A DNA stretch of 64,000 bases, from NCBI GenBank assembly GCA_963748825.1, contig CAVVKN010000005.1, positions 27,182-91,181 of the forward strand, read 5' to 3'. The position numbers were made by a program, and so were the translations under genes. Source of the DNA: Methanotrichaceae archaeon (GTDB taxonomy: Archaea; Halobacteriota; Methanosarcinia; Methanotrichales; Methanotrichaceae). Below the pieces are notes generated by a model. It worked only from the letters and a program-made list of their open reading frames with translations, searched no databases and was not told the DNA's origin. Shown here one piece after another: positions 44,880 through 54,322 of the stretch (positions within the stretch are counted from its first letter, which is position 1; each line of letters opens with the position of its first letter).

Positions 44880-45740
44880 TTGATTACTATGATGCATCCT
44901 TCCAGGAAGGTCAGAATAGATGCCATGCGATATTGCATCACCGCAATTCTGCTAACCGTAGCATTAGTCATGGCGTTATCACCTGCCTTAGCCAGTGATA
45001 ACTCACAGATCACCGTAGTTGCCTCTCCGACATGCGCTTCTGAAAATGCTCTCCAGGATCTTACCATATCGTCCGCAGCTACCGTCTTTGCAGCTGGCCT
45101 TTTAGCGGGCTTCAATCCCTGTCTTCTGGCCATACTGGCCTTTCTGGCAAGCTCAATGCTATCCAGTACGGGCCGCAGACGAGATATCTTGACTATGGTG
45201 GCTTTCTTTTCCTTGGGTATATTTGTGGTCTACATTATTTTTGGAGTGGGCCTATTTAGCGTTCTACAGGAAAAGTCCACTTCCGCTATGTTTCGCTTTG
45301 TTCTGTCAGCTGTCCTATTGGTTTTAGGGATAATGCAGCTGGAGGACGCAAGGAGGCTGCAAAGTGGAGGCACGTCCCTCTTCCGAACGGATTGGACTAA
45401 GAAATACGTTAACCGTGTCATTGCCAGCCGGAGGCTCAGCCTCTATTTCCTCTTAGGAGCCCTCTTCTCATTGGTAAGGGCCCCCTGTGTGGGAGGGATC
45501 TACATCGCTATCATCGGCATAATCTCCCGCCAGGGGTTTGCCTCATCAGGGATAACTTATTTGATGATTTATAACCTGGGCATAGCACTTCCAGTGCTGC
45601 TCACGGGAGGAATCATCGCATTAGGTATGAGCCCAGAGCAAGTGGATCATTTCCGGAACAAACACAGAGTTGCCATCCGGTTGATAACGGGAATCACGCT
45701 ATTAGTTCTGGCTTCGCTCATCTACCTGCAAATGATTTAG
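44880..45740 (+). CDS. CcdA/DsbD-family membrane protein
   Basis: AGFNPCLL and RAPCVGGIY. Confidence 0.85.
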   Translation: MITMMHPSRKVRIDAMRYCITAILLTVALVMALSPALASDNSQITVVASPTCASENALQDLTISSAATVFAAGLLAGFNPCLLAILAFLASSMLSSTGRRRDILTMVAFFSLGIFVVYIIFGVGLFSVLQEKSTSAMFRFVLSAVLLVLGIMQLEDARRLQSGGTSLFRTDWTKKYVNRVIASRRLSLYFLLGALFSLVRAPCVGGIYIAIIGIISRQGFASSGITYLMIYNLGIALPVLLTGGIIALGMSPEQVDHFRNKHRVAIRLITGITLLVLASLIYLQMI

Positions 45741-45837
45741 GCGAGAAGGAATGAGGCGAGAATCTTTGAGAAAGAAATTAGAGAGACCCGGGCCGCGATC
45801 CTTCAGAGCTGCGAAAGGTTGAGCTTTTCGAGCACCC

Positions 45838-46080
45838 TTAAGTGGATTTCTTTATATCCTCTTTCATCTCCATAAACTGCTCTCTGGTCAGCTCTCCCTT
45901 TGCATATCGCTCGGCTAGAAGATCCTCAGCGCTTTTGCTAGGTGCAAGAACCGTTCCGCTTTTGATCTGCTTGTAGACGAAATAGGCTATAACTATAATA
46001 ATTATCAACCAAATAAAATTCATCCAGAATCCCATGAAGGGATACCAGTCCATCATTGGATAGTATGGCATTTTCTGCAC
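45838..46080 (-). CDS. SHOCT-domain membrane protein
   Basis: TM segment plus AEDLLAERYAKGELTREQFMEMKEDI. Confidence 0.8.
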   Translation of the reverse strand: MQKMPYYPMMDWYPFMGFWMNFIWLIIIIVIAYFVYKQIKSGTVLAPSKSAEDLLAERYAKGELTREQFMEMKEDIKKST

Positions 46081-46588
46081 TCCGTAGTTCTTAATCTAAA
46101 AAAGTATAATACGTTAACAGATATAAATGCATGGCATTAGAAAACCTTTTTCTCGTTCCAATTGCTGGTTATGGCTTTAGAACGTCTAGTACATTGGATA
46201 GTTTTCAATTCGATGCGCGCATAGAAGATCGAAAGTGATTTCTTTATGTACAGCACCTATCTAAAGGGTGAAACCATTTCGACAGTAGGTATTGATGGAG
46301 ATTTCCTTTCAGGCTTTAACATACCTGGGGCAAATGAGTATCTTTTGGCTCTTAAGATTCTAATTGCCCTATTTGTAATCCTGATTGTGGTTTGGAAGCT
46401 GCATCTCCTAAGCATATCGAGATACTGATGTCTGATGATTTTGGTCGTGACCTCGGAGGACTCCGTCGCCCTTAGGAAGAGATCCTCTTGCCATCTCAGC
46501 TCGATCGGATTCCTCAGGCCATGCGACGGGCGCTCAAGGCCCGCCCACTGGAGCCTGGTGATCTTGCCATCTTCGTCAACTTTAAATA

Positions 46589-47338
46589 TTAAGCTTGATG
46601 CATATTATCTTGAGTAGTGTTGTAAGTCCTTCCCGAAAAGGATGAGGCCGCCCTGAGGCGGATGGGACGAAGTAAGGAAGGGTTCACTACACAATCCTTG
46701 TCTTTTCCTTCGAAGAAATCTATCGATATCGATATTTTTGATTTGATTTTATCATAATAATGATCGTCACCGCTACTGTATTTGTGGCTTATTGCTCCCG
46801 CCACGAAATCTGCCACTTGAATGCACCTATCTGATCGGGAATCCACATGAATAATTTCCGGCGGTTCAACATTCAAGTCTTCCAAATGGTTTCCCATGCA
46901 CGCTTTCCAGGTGAGATAGTTATCAAAGTTGTCCTTCTCCAGGCCATATAGCGACTTATCGACGATTACCTTTGCTTTGCCTTCTATCTGGTATTTCGTT
47001 ATGATCTTCAAGAGCAGTGATCCGACCATATAATTGTATAATATTTTTTGCTTATTTTTCAGCCGCTCATATACCTGATGCTTATGCAAAACAGCATAGG
47101 CAATATCTGTATCCGTTCTGGCCATGCAGTCTAGGACGCGCTCTTTGATTGTTTGGCTGGAATTATGAAATTTTAATTCTGGAATTTGTTTATATTTCTT
47201 AGGGAGCCTTTGTTCTCTGACTCTCTTGATACACCGGCCAACCTCTGAGGGATTTCTAGCGATGACTGCGGCCAAGATAAAATGCTTGGAGGCCCGCGGC
47301 CCAAATCCTAAATCTCCAGACTCATCCAGGTATATCAT
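46589..47338 (-). CDS. DUF3800 (RNase H-like fold) protein
   Basis: IYLDESGDLG, ELKF, IQVADFVAGAI. Confidence 0.85.
   Translation of the reverse strand: MIYLDESGDLGFGPRASKHFILAAVIARNPSEVGRCIKRVREQRLPKKYKQIPELKFHNSSQTIKERVLDCMARTDTDIAYAVLHKHQVYERLKNKQKILYNYMVGSLLLKIITKYQIEGKAKVIVDKSLYGLEKDNFDNYLTWKACMGNHLEDLNVEPPEIIHVDSRSDRCIQVADFVAGAISHKYSSGDDHYYDKIKSKISISIDFFEGKDKDCVVNPSLLRPIRLRAASSFSGRTYNTTQDNMHQA
46612..46690 (+). ncRNA. candidate DUF3800-associated structured RNA
   Basis: Nested stems gtagtg/cactac, ccttcc/ggaagg and ccgcc/ggcgg; TATA-like TTTAAATA at 46581-46588. Confidence 0.55.
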
Positions 47339-48075
47339 TCGATCCGCTTGTTCTTTTATTGGGCCTCAATAAAGCTTTGGGCATCGACCAGATTCCTGCC
47401 AGCCATCCACGCCGTCGAGAGGGACCCGGTTACCATGATCCTGCCCACGCCTTCAATGAGTCATTCACCTCACACTGAGGGACGATATAAAAGCGGTCCG
47501 GAAAAATACCGACACAGTCCCCCAGGTTCTGGAGGAGATCCGGGGAATAAGAGAGGACATCCAGCCAGGATATGCGATGAATTTCCGGCAGATGCAGACA
47601 GATATCAGAGCCATAAAAAAACGGCTAGGGATGCTTTGAAAGCGATCCTGGACCAAAGGTCTCTGTTTCCTTCCTGAAAACTTCACAATCGACCTATTGG
47701 TTGGTTCTGGGTGACTACCTTTCGATCCCATCTCGTCCACAGCAGAGGGGGTGGCTTCCCTTTCCTGCTTGCTACCTGGCAAGCCGCGCCGCCCAAGCTG
47801 CATTCCTGCCGCTCCCCCGGACCTCCGGCCAGCCGGCATGCCCGGCCACAAGTGGCCACCTCACGATCCCGCCCGACCGCAAGCGCAGCCGCCAAACAGG
47901 CCTCCGGCCCCCTGGCGTGCAGGCGTCCCGGCCATCTCTGCTCGATCGGATTCCTGCTAGCCAACAAGCGCCGCCCAAGTCGCATGTCGTCGCTCTCTAA
48001 GCAGGTCATGAGTCCCGGCCCGAGATACACGGTCTTCTCGTAATCCTTATAGCTCTGCAGCGAGAAGTGCCTATC

Positions 48076-48231
48076 ATGGCTGGTGCGAAAGAGAAAGCCG
48101 TCATTCAGGAATCTGCAATTGAAGAAATAGAATTAGACGCTTCTGAGATAAAGGAGTTAGATCAATTAGCGGAAGAGACTCGCAAGTGTGGCATATCCTG
48201 GGAAGACCTTAAAGCAGAACTTGGTCTATGA
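48076..48231 (+). CDS. RelB-like acidic antitoxin (51 aa, absent from ORF track)
   Basis: MAGAKEKAV...GISWEDLKAELGL; ATGA overlap with relE. Confidence 0.75.
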   Translation: MAGAKEKAVIQESAIEEIELDASEIKELDQLAEETRKCGISWEDLKAELGL

Positions 48232-48518
48232 GCTTTCATGTTCGCTTAAACAAAGATATCAGGTCTATTCTATTATCGCTTCCTCGCGCACATCAAGAAA
48301 AAGTCGGGAAACTAATCGATCGCCTAAGCGAGAATCCATATCCTTCAAGATTCAAATTAATTGATATTTCATCGACCAATTTTGATATTAAAAAGTGCAA
48401 AGGGCATCAAACTAGATTCAGGGTAAGACTTGGCGAATACAGGCTTATTTATGAAATAGAGGAGGCAAGCCAAATGATCCTTATTCTGAAACTTGATACC
48501 CGGGGCGATATCTATTAG
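48228..48518 (+). CDS. RelE/ParE toxin
   Basis: LSENPYP, FRVRLGEYRLIYEI, RGDIY. Confidence 0.9.
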   Translation: MSFHVRLNKDIRSILLSLPRAHQEKVGKLIDRLSENPYPSRFKLIDISSTNFDIKKCKGHQTRFRVRLGEYRLIYEIEEASQMILILKLDTRGDIY

Positions 48519-49247
48519 ATCCCCAATTACGATATGCACCTCTCAATAAGTCTCTTTCATTTACTTCAAATCTAATGGGTCATAGATATCGATGGCATCC
48601 TTCCTTTTCCTCAAAGCGACAGGCAAGTGAATCGCTCGGCCGTAATGATGCCGCCTTGCTGGCCCCGACTCTCCTGGCGTGCTGACATCCCGACCATCTC
48701 TTGCTCGATCGGATTTCTGCCATCCATCTGTGCCGCCAAGCTGCACCCCTGACGTCCCTGCAGCTCACGGCCAGCAAAAATTGGGCCACGAGTGGCCACC
48801 TCACGATTCCATCCGACTGCAACGACGCCGCCAACGGGCCCCCGGCCCCCTGGCGTGCGTACGGCCCGGTCATCTCTGCTCGACCGGATTCCTGCCCCAG
48901 CTATCCGGGGACCCGGCATCTTTTCGCCGATTTCCACCCAGGGTCCTTGCTGCTATCCTTTAGGGCTGCGAAAGGTTGAACTTTTCAAGCACCCTTAAGT
49001 GGATTTCTTTATATCCTCTTTCATCTCCATAAACTCTCTCTGGTCAACTCTCATAATCAATTTCTATTTTTTGTCCATTGCATTTCTGCTCCAGAACCCG
49101 TAACTGACAATTTAAACTTAAACTAAACTATTATCAAATCCATAAAAGTCTCTCGTATTCTCCAATGAAAAAAATGATATGCTAGTTCATTTCACTAGCT
49201 AGAGTGCAGTCAATCATAGTTCAATCAATTAATGTGCAAGGAGGCCG

Positions 49248-50168
49248 ATGATGCTGAATGTGACCTTCCTGGGAACTGCCGGATCGCTTCCTACGCCGGA
49301 GAGAAATCCCTCCGCCGTCCTGATCAACCGCGAGGGAGAGATGATGCTCTTCGACTGTGGAGAAGGCACGCAAAGGCAGATGATGCGGGCGAGAACGGGC
49401 ATGATGCGCCTAAACTACATTTTTTTAACTCATCTGCACGCCGACCACATCTTAGGCATTCCCGGCCTCCTGGAGACTTTGGCCTTCCAGGGGAGAGAAG
49501 ATCCAATTACAGTCGTCGGTCCCGTGCATACTGTGCGTCTGGTAGAGAGCTTCAAGTCCGTCTGCTACTTCTCCCGCAAATTCGATGTCCAGGCGATCGA
49601 GCTACAGCCGGGAGACGTGCTGAAGATGAAAGGCTGCCAGGTAAGGGCCATCTCAACCAATCACAGTGTGCCCAGCCTCGGCTACTCTTTAGAGGAAGAC
49701 ATGCGCCTTGGTCGATTCAACCGAGATGCAGCCACCGCCCTCGGCATACCGCCCGGACCGCTCTTCGGAAAGCTGCAGCATGGGCAGGAAATAGAGGTAG
49801 ATGGAAAGAAGATAGAGCCCCATCAGGTTATGGGCCCAGCCCGTCCGGGCAGAAAAATCGTCTACACAGGAGACACAAGGCCCTGCAAATCCGTGCAGCT
49901 GGCCAGCATGGGTGCAGATCTGCTCATCCACGACTGCGCTTTAGCTAGTGATATGGCAGAGTGGGCCAAAGAGACGAAGCACAGCACTGCGACAGAGGCG
50001 GCAGAAATAGCCAAGAACGCCGACGTGGGTCAGCTCGTCTTAACGCATATAAGCTCCCGGTACTCTGAGGACACCTCCCAGCTTTTAATGGAGGCAAAAT
50101 CCATCTTTGAGAGGACTATTGTTGCCGAGGATCTGATGTCTCTGGAAATCAGGCTCAAAGATGAGTAA
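49248..50168 (+). CDS. rnz: ribonuclease Z
   Basis: FLGTAG, DCGEG, THLHADH, GIPPGP exosite, GDTRP, THISSRY. Confidence 0.96.
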   Translation: MMLNVTFLGTAGSLPTPERNPSAVLINREGEMMLFDCGEGTQRQMMRARTGMMRLNYIFLTHLHADHILGIPGLLETLAFQGREDPITVVGPVHTVRLVESFKSVCYFSRKFDVQAIELQPGDVLKMKGCQVRAISTNHSVPSLGYSLEEDMRLGRFNRDAATALGIPPGPLFGKLQHGQEIEVDGKKIEPHQVMGPARPGRKIVYTGDTRPCKSVQLASMGADLLIHDCALASDMAEWAKETKHSTATEAAEIAKNADVGQLVLTHISSRYSEDTSQLLMEAKSIFERTIVAEDLMSLEIRLKDE

Positions 50169-50193
50169 GTAGCATCGAATGCTTGTGCGCGAA

Positions 50194-50730
50194 TCACTCT
50201 TTTGCCCTTTTTTCTCGCTCCGCATGCAAGGCCTTCATAACCTGTTGGGATAGCTCATCATCCCTGCCGATGAGGGTGAGATCCAGAGATTGCATGACGC
50301 ATTCGATCATATCTCTGCTGTGAGTAAGATCAAGACCTCTGCTCTCACTGGCAATGCCCCTCCGATAGAGATCATCGATCTCATCAGGAGACAGGCCGAG
50401 AGCATTTGCAGCAGAAATGGCTCTTCCGAACATCTCCATCTCGACGTAATACTGCAGTCCGTCCCGGTAGAGTTTCCCAGAAAGAGCATCCTGGCCCGCG
50501 TTCTTGGCAATTAATGCTGCCCAGAGAAAGTCTCCCGCATCCACCAGAATGGCGATGGCCTTGTCGATCATTCCCTTGTCTCTGGCTAAAACGACGGCAT
50601 ACTCCGTCTCACCTGCTTTTGCCAGTATCTCTATGCCCTCTTCCGCCAGCTCGTCCTGCAATTCTCTCAGGTTTTCTACAAGATAAGATACCTTTTCATC
50701 AAAGGGCATTCTCTCGAATTCTTCCTTCAA
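50194..50730 (-). CDS. hypothetical helical protein
   Basis: 178-aa ORF with typical codon usage. Confidence 0.7.
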   Translation of the reverse strand: MKEEFERMPFDEKVSYLVENLRELQDELAEEGIEILAKAGETEYAVVLARDKGMIDKAIAILVDAGDFLWAALIAKNAGQDALSGKLYRDGLQYYVEMEMFGRAISAANALGLSPDEIDDLYRRGIASESRGLDLTHSRDMIECVMQSLDLTLIGRDDELSQQVMKALHAEREKRAKE

Positions 50731-51156
50731 ACTCAGGTCCCCTGGATGGCCTGAAATTCATTCGCAAATAAGCCTTTGGGCTGCATCCTTAAGCGATAAT
50801 AAATTTTATATTTAATCTAGTTCTTAACATAATTCTAATATTTTTAAAGGAATATATGTTTGTTAACAGAGAAATTACCAAAATCAGGCTAGATATCTTA
50901 ATAGATTAGTCGCATTCTTTATGATTGAAAATAGTCCTATCTACAAAAAGATATATAGTTAAACTTGCTATTCTGATTCGGTTAAGCATATGTCTAGCTT
51001 GAGAGTTTTTGCAAGGAGGAAAAGAGCAAAACAAGCATAATGATCTCGAAGGATACCAGGCTCTGGGCCTCACTGCTGCCATTACTGCTTTCCAGACGAG
51101 TCGAATCAATGTTGAAGAATATAGATTAAGTATATGGGGATTATCTCCTTAATAAA

Positions 51157-53964
51157 GTGATGAAGATGTGGAAATCTGCGGCATGGGTATTTGCTATCCT
51201 AAGTGGCATCTTAGGTCCATATATGAAATATGTTGAACAAGCAGGTCCTATCAATCACATTTCACCAACCTTTTCCGGAAAAGAATCTTCTTTGACGCAC
51301 AAAGGAGATTCCATTAGCCTGACCAATTCCTTGATGGCAGCTATTGCCATTTACGCGATTTACCTGATCGTAGCTTTTCTCTTGAGGGACAGTCCGGAAT
51401 CACTCATCTTTTACACGGATTGGGCGGCGGTGGCCGTCAATTTAGTCGCGGCTCTCTGCCTGCTTTATGCCGCTCGGTTGTCTCTGAGTGTGGGCAAAAA
51501 GGTCTTTTTCGCCTGGATGATGATGTTCCTTGGCCAGCTTTGTTTTGTAACGGGAGACGCCATTTGGGCTTATATTGAGACCGTTCAGATGAAAGACCCC
51601 TTTCCTTCCCCGGCAGACATACCCAATCTCATGACCTATCCTCTGTTCGTGATAGGCATTCTCTTTCTGCCGTCGGCTGTTATCTCCCTCCGCGAAAGAA
51701 TTACAATGGCGCTGGATACCAGCATTGTGATCATAACTTCAGTTCTCGTCTTCTGGTCTCTGATTATCGAGCCTACCATCAATCAGAATTTGCAGGCAGA
51801 TCCCCTGATTATGGCCCTATCGGTGGGTTATCCCGTTTTGGATTTGATATTGCTTTTCTTTGTAGTGGAGCTTCTCTTCAGGAAGTTGAATCTTCCCGGG
51901 CGCAACGCTCTCTTGTTCCTGGTCCTGGGTTCCGGCACCTGGATTGCCACAGATGCCATTTTTATGCGCCAATCTCTAGAAGGAACCTATCTTCCAGGCG
52001 GCATCGTAGACAGCGGCTGGATTGCGGGCTGTCTTCTTATGGGTTTGGCAGGCATAGCTCAGGCAGAGGCTGTGAAGAGCGGTGTCTTCACTTCAAATTC
52101 CGACCTTGAGGTGCGCAATGCCAGGAATACATGGCCATTATATCTGCCATACTTGTGTGCAGCAGGAGCTTTCTTTATGCTCGTCTGGAGCCGCGAGCAT
52201 AATATGGCCCTGTCATTTACCACGCTCTCCATAAGCGTGGGCGCAATTATTGGCCTGGTCATAATCCGGCAGATTCTGGCAATAGATGAGAATGTGAGGC
52301 TTTTTGGGGAAGCTCAGCAAGAGATAATTGAGCGAAAGAAAGCTGAGAACGAGATCATCCGTCTCAATGAGCAGCTGGAAGAGAGAGTGAAGGTTAGAAC
52401 CTCCCAGCTTGAAATCGCCAATGCCGACCTTCAAGTATCCAAAGAGAAGGCAGAGTCCGCGACAAGGGCTAAATCGAAATTTTTAGCCAATATGAGCCAT
52501 GAGATTCGCACTCCCATGAATGCCGTCATCGGCATGACCGGCCTGCTCTTGGAAACGGATTTAAGGCCTGAGCAGCGCGACTGCCTGGATACCATTCGCA
52601 GCAGCGGCAATGCCCTGCTGGCCATCATCAACGACATCCTGGACTACTCCAAGATAGATGGAGGCAAATTGGAGCTGGATCGTTCCAGTTTCGATCTTGG
52701 CCAGTGCATTGAAGACTCTTTGGATCAGGTTTCTGCCTGGGCCTCTGAAAAGGGCCTGGAGCTGGCCTATTTCCTGGAAGATGGTTTCCCGCAAGGGGTG
52801 GTAGGAGATGTTGCCAGGCTGCGCCAGGTTCTGGTCAATCTCCTGGGAAATGCAGTCAAGTTCACTGAGAAGGGTGTTGTTACATTAGTCGCCAGCTCAA
52901 AGCCAACTGCTGATGGAAGAATTGAGCTGCATTTTGCCGTTGCGGATACGGGTATCGGCATATCAGAAGAGAATATGGGCAAGCTCTTCTTGTACTTCAC
53001 TCAGGTTGACTCCTCCACCACCAGGAATTACGGTGGCACAGGCCTTGGCCTGGCCATAAGTCGCAAGCTGGTGGAGCTGATGGAAGGCATGATCTGGGCG
53101 GAGAGCCAGGAAGGAAAAGGCAGCACCTTCCACTTCACTATTATAGCAGAATCACCCAGCTTAAAAAAGGCCGAATCCTTCCCTGCCAAGCTGACGGCCA
53201 AGAAGGCACTTGTAATTGATGCAAGCGACGTTGTTTCCAGAATGTTGATGCAGGCTTTGCGCCCCCTGGGGCTGATCCCAAGGGTGGCATCAAGCATAGA
53301 GGAGGCACGAATAGCATTACAGCAAGAGTCCTATGATTTTGTGATCTTTGATGCAAATACAGGTGGCATGGATGGCCAGGACCTCTGCCGGCAAATCGAG
53401 CAACGTAAATATGGAGATCTTCGCTTGGTGCTCCTGCTGCCCGTAGGCAAGAGTCTTATGCCAAAGATGCCCTCGGACGGCCTTTTGACCAAGCCGGTCA
53501 GAGCTCTTCAGCTTCGCAATCTTCTCATCGATCTTCTCTCACCTAAGACGGAAATGAAGAAAAGGGAACGCGTAATGCCATCAAAAAGAGAGATGAAACA
53601 GCATTCTCTTCGCATTCTCATGGCGGAAGACAATCCCATAAATCAGAAGGTGGCGCTGTCCATGCTCAAACGCCTGGGTTACAAGGCTGACGTTGCAGTA
53701 AATGGGCAGGAGGTTTTGCGGGCCATGCAGAGCAAGCCTTATGATGCGGTCCTCATGGATGTGCAGATGCCAGAGATGGACGGGCTTGAGGCGACACGCC
53801 AAATTCGCGCCTGCGGATTGAATACTCGAATCATCGCCATGACCGCTCATGCCCTGGAGGGGGATAGAGAAGAGTGCCTTCAGGCGGGCATGAATGAGTA
53901 TCTCAGCAAGCCAATCCGAATGGAGGAGCTACAAAAGGCACTTGATATTTGCGATGAGGCCTGA
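51157..53964 (+). CDS. membrane hybrid sensor histidine kinase
   Basis: Multi-TM N-terminus, [21 protein letters not shown], receiver [10 protein letters not shown]; start uncertain. Confidence 0.92.
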   Translation: MMKMWKSAAWVFAILSGILGPYMKYVEQAGPINHISPTFSGKESSLTHKGDSISLTNSLMAAIAIYAIYLIVAFLLRDSPESLIFYTDWAAVAVNLVAALCLLYAARLSLSVGKKVFFAWMMMFLGQLCFVTGDAIWAYIETVQMKDPFPSPADIPNLMTYPLFVIGILFLPSAVISLRERITMALDTSIVIITSVLVFWSLIIEPTINQNLQADPLIMALSVGYPVLDLILLFFVVELLFRKLNLPGRNALLFLVLGSGTWIATDAIFMRQSLEGTYLPGGIVDSGWIAGCLLMGLAGIAQAEAVKSGVFTSNSDLEVRNARNTWPLYLPYLCAAGAFFMLVWSREHNMALSFTTLSISVGAIIGLVIIRQILAIDENVRLFGEAQQEIIERKKAENEIIRLNEQLEERVKVRTSQLEIANADLQVSKEKAESATRAKSKFLANMSHEIRTPMNAVIGMTGLLLETDLRPEQRDCLDTIRSSGNALLAIINDILDYSKIDGGKLELDRSSFDLGQCIEDSLDQVSAWASEKGLELAYFLEDGFPQGVVGDVARLRQVLVNLLGNAVKFTEKGVVTLVASSKPTADGRIELHFAVADTGIGISEENMGKLFLYFTQVDSSTTRNYGGTGLGLAISRKLVELMEGMIWAESQEGKGSTFHFTIIAESPSLKKAESFPAKLTAKKALVIDASDVVSRMLMQALRPLGLIPRVASSIEEARIALQQESYDFVIFDANTGGMDGQDLCRQIEQRKYGDLRLVLLLPVGKSLMPKMPSDGLLTKPVRALQLRNLLIDLLSPKTEMKKRERVMPSKREMKQHSLRILMAEDNPINQKVALSMLKRLGYKADVAVNGQEVLRAMQSKPYDAVLMDVQMPEMDGLEATRQIRACGLNTRIIAMTAHALEGDREECLQAGMNEYLSKPIRMEELQKALDICDEA

Positions 53965-54322
53965 TGTGTCGCTTTTTGAAGAGAGGATTTTGGGTTTTTT
54001 CTTGGATAGCCGGCGTTTATGATAAAAATTTTTAATAATAATAAAGATATATAATTATCTTATATCCAAATTAGTGTGAATCTATGCAATAGAACTCTTT
54101 AGCTTTTTTTTCCAGCCAATAGGTTGATCTACATAAAGATATCAGGTATAGTACAGTAAGTAAGAACCATGCCTTATTCCTCAAAGTGCAACAGCATGAA
54201 TCGAGGTGAAAAGTCTCTGCGGGCACTGTATTATGTGATGAGGCACATTGGAATATAAGTACCAAAGCTTTAATCCAGCTTTAATGGATCGAGATAGGAC
54301 CTCGAATTATTATTAGAAGATA

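Larger units (their letters stand above)
43841..48897 (+). repeat. dispersed GC-rich repeat family (5 longer and 2 partial copies, same orientation)
   Basis: Core ggcctccggccccctggcgtgc(a/g)ggcgtcccgg(c/t)catctc...gctcgatcggattcctgc at ~43841, 44641, 47791, 48661 and 48733; partial copies at 46490 and 47384. Confidence 0.85.
45808..49052. repeat. ~88-bp direct repeat (45808-45896 / 48965-49052) of the SHOCT gene 3' end
   Basis: gctgcgaaaggttga...cacccttaagtggatttctttatatcctctttcatctccataaact... occurs twice. Confidence 0.9.

Noticed and set aside
43841-48897. Classical integron attC array
   Set aside because: No R''/R' boxes or IntI, and the cargo genes lie in both orientations.
47348-48998. 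Many short Pro/Arg/Ala-rich ORFs
   Set aside because: They are translations of the GC-rich repeat; frames are not conserved between copies.
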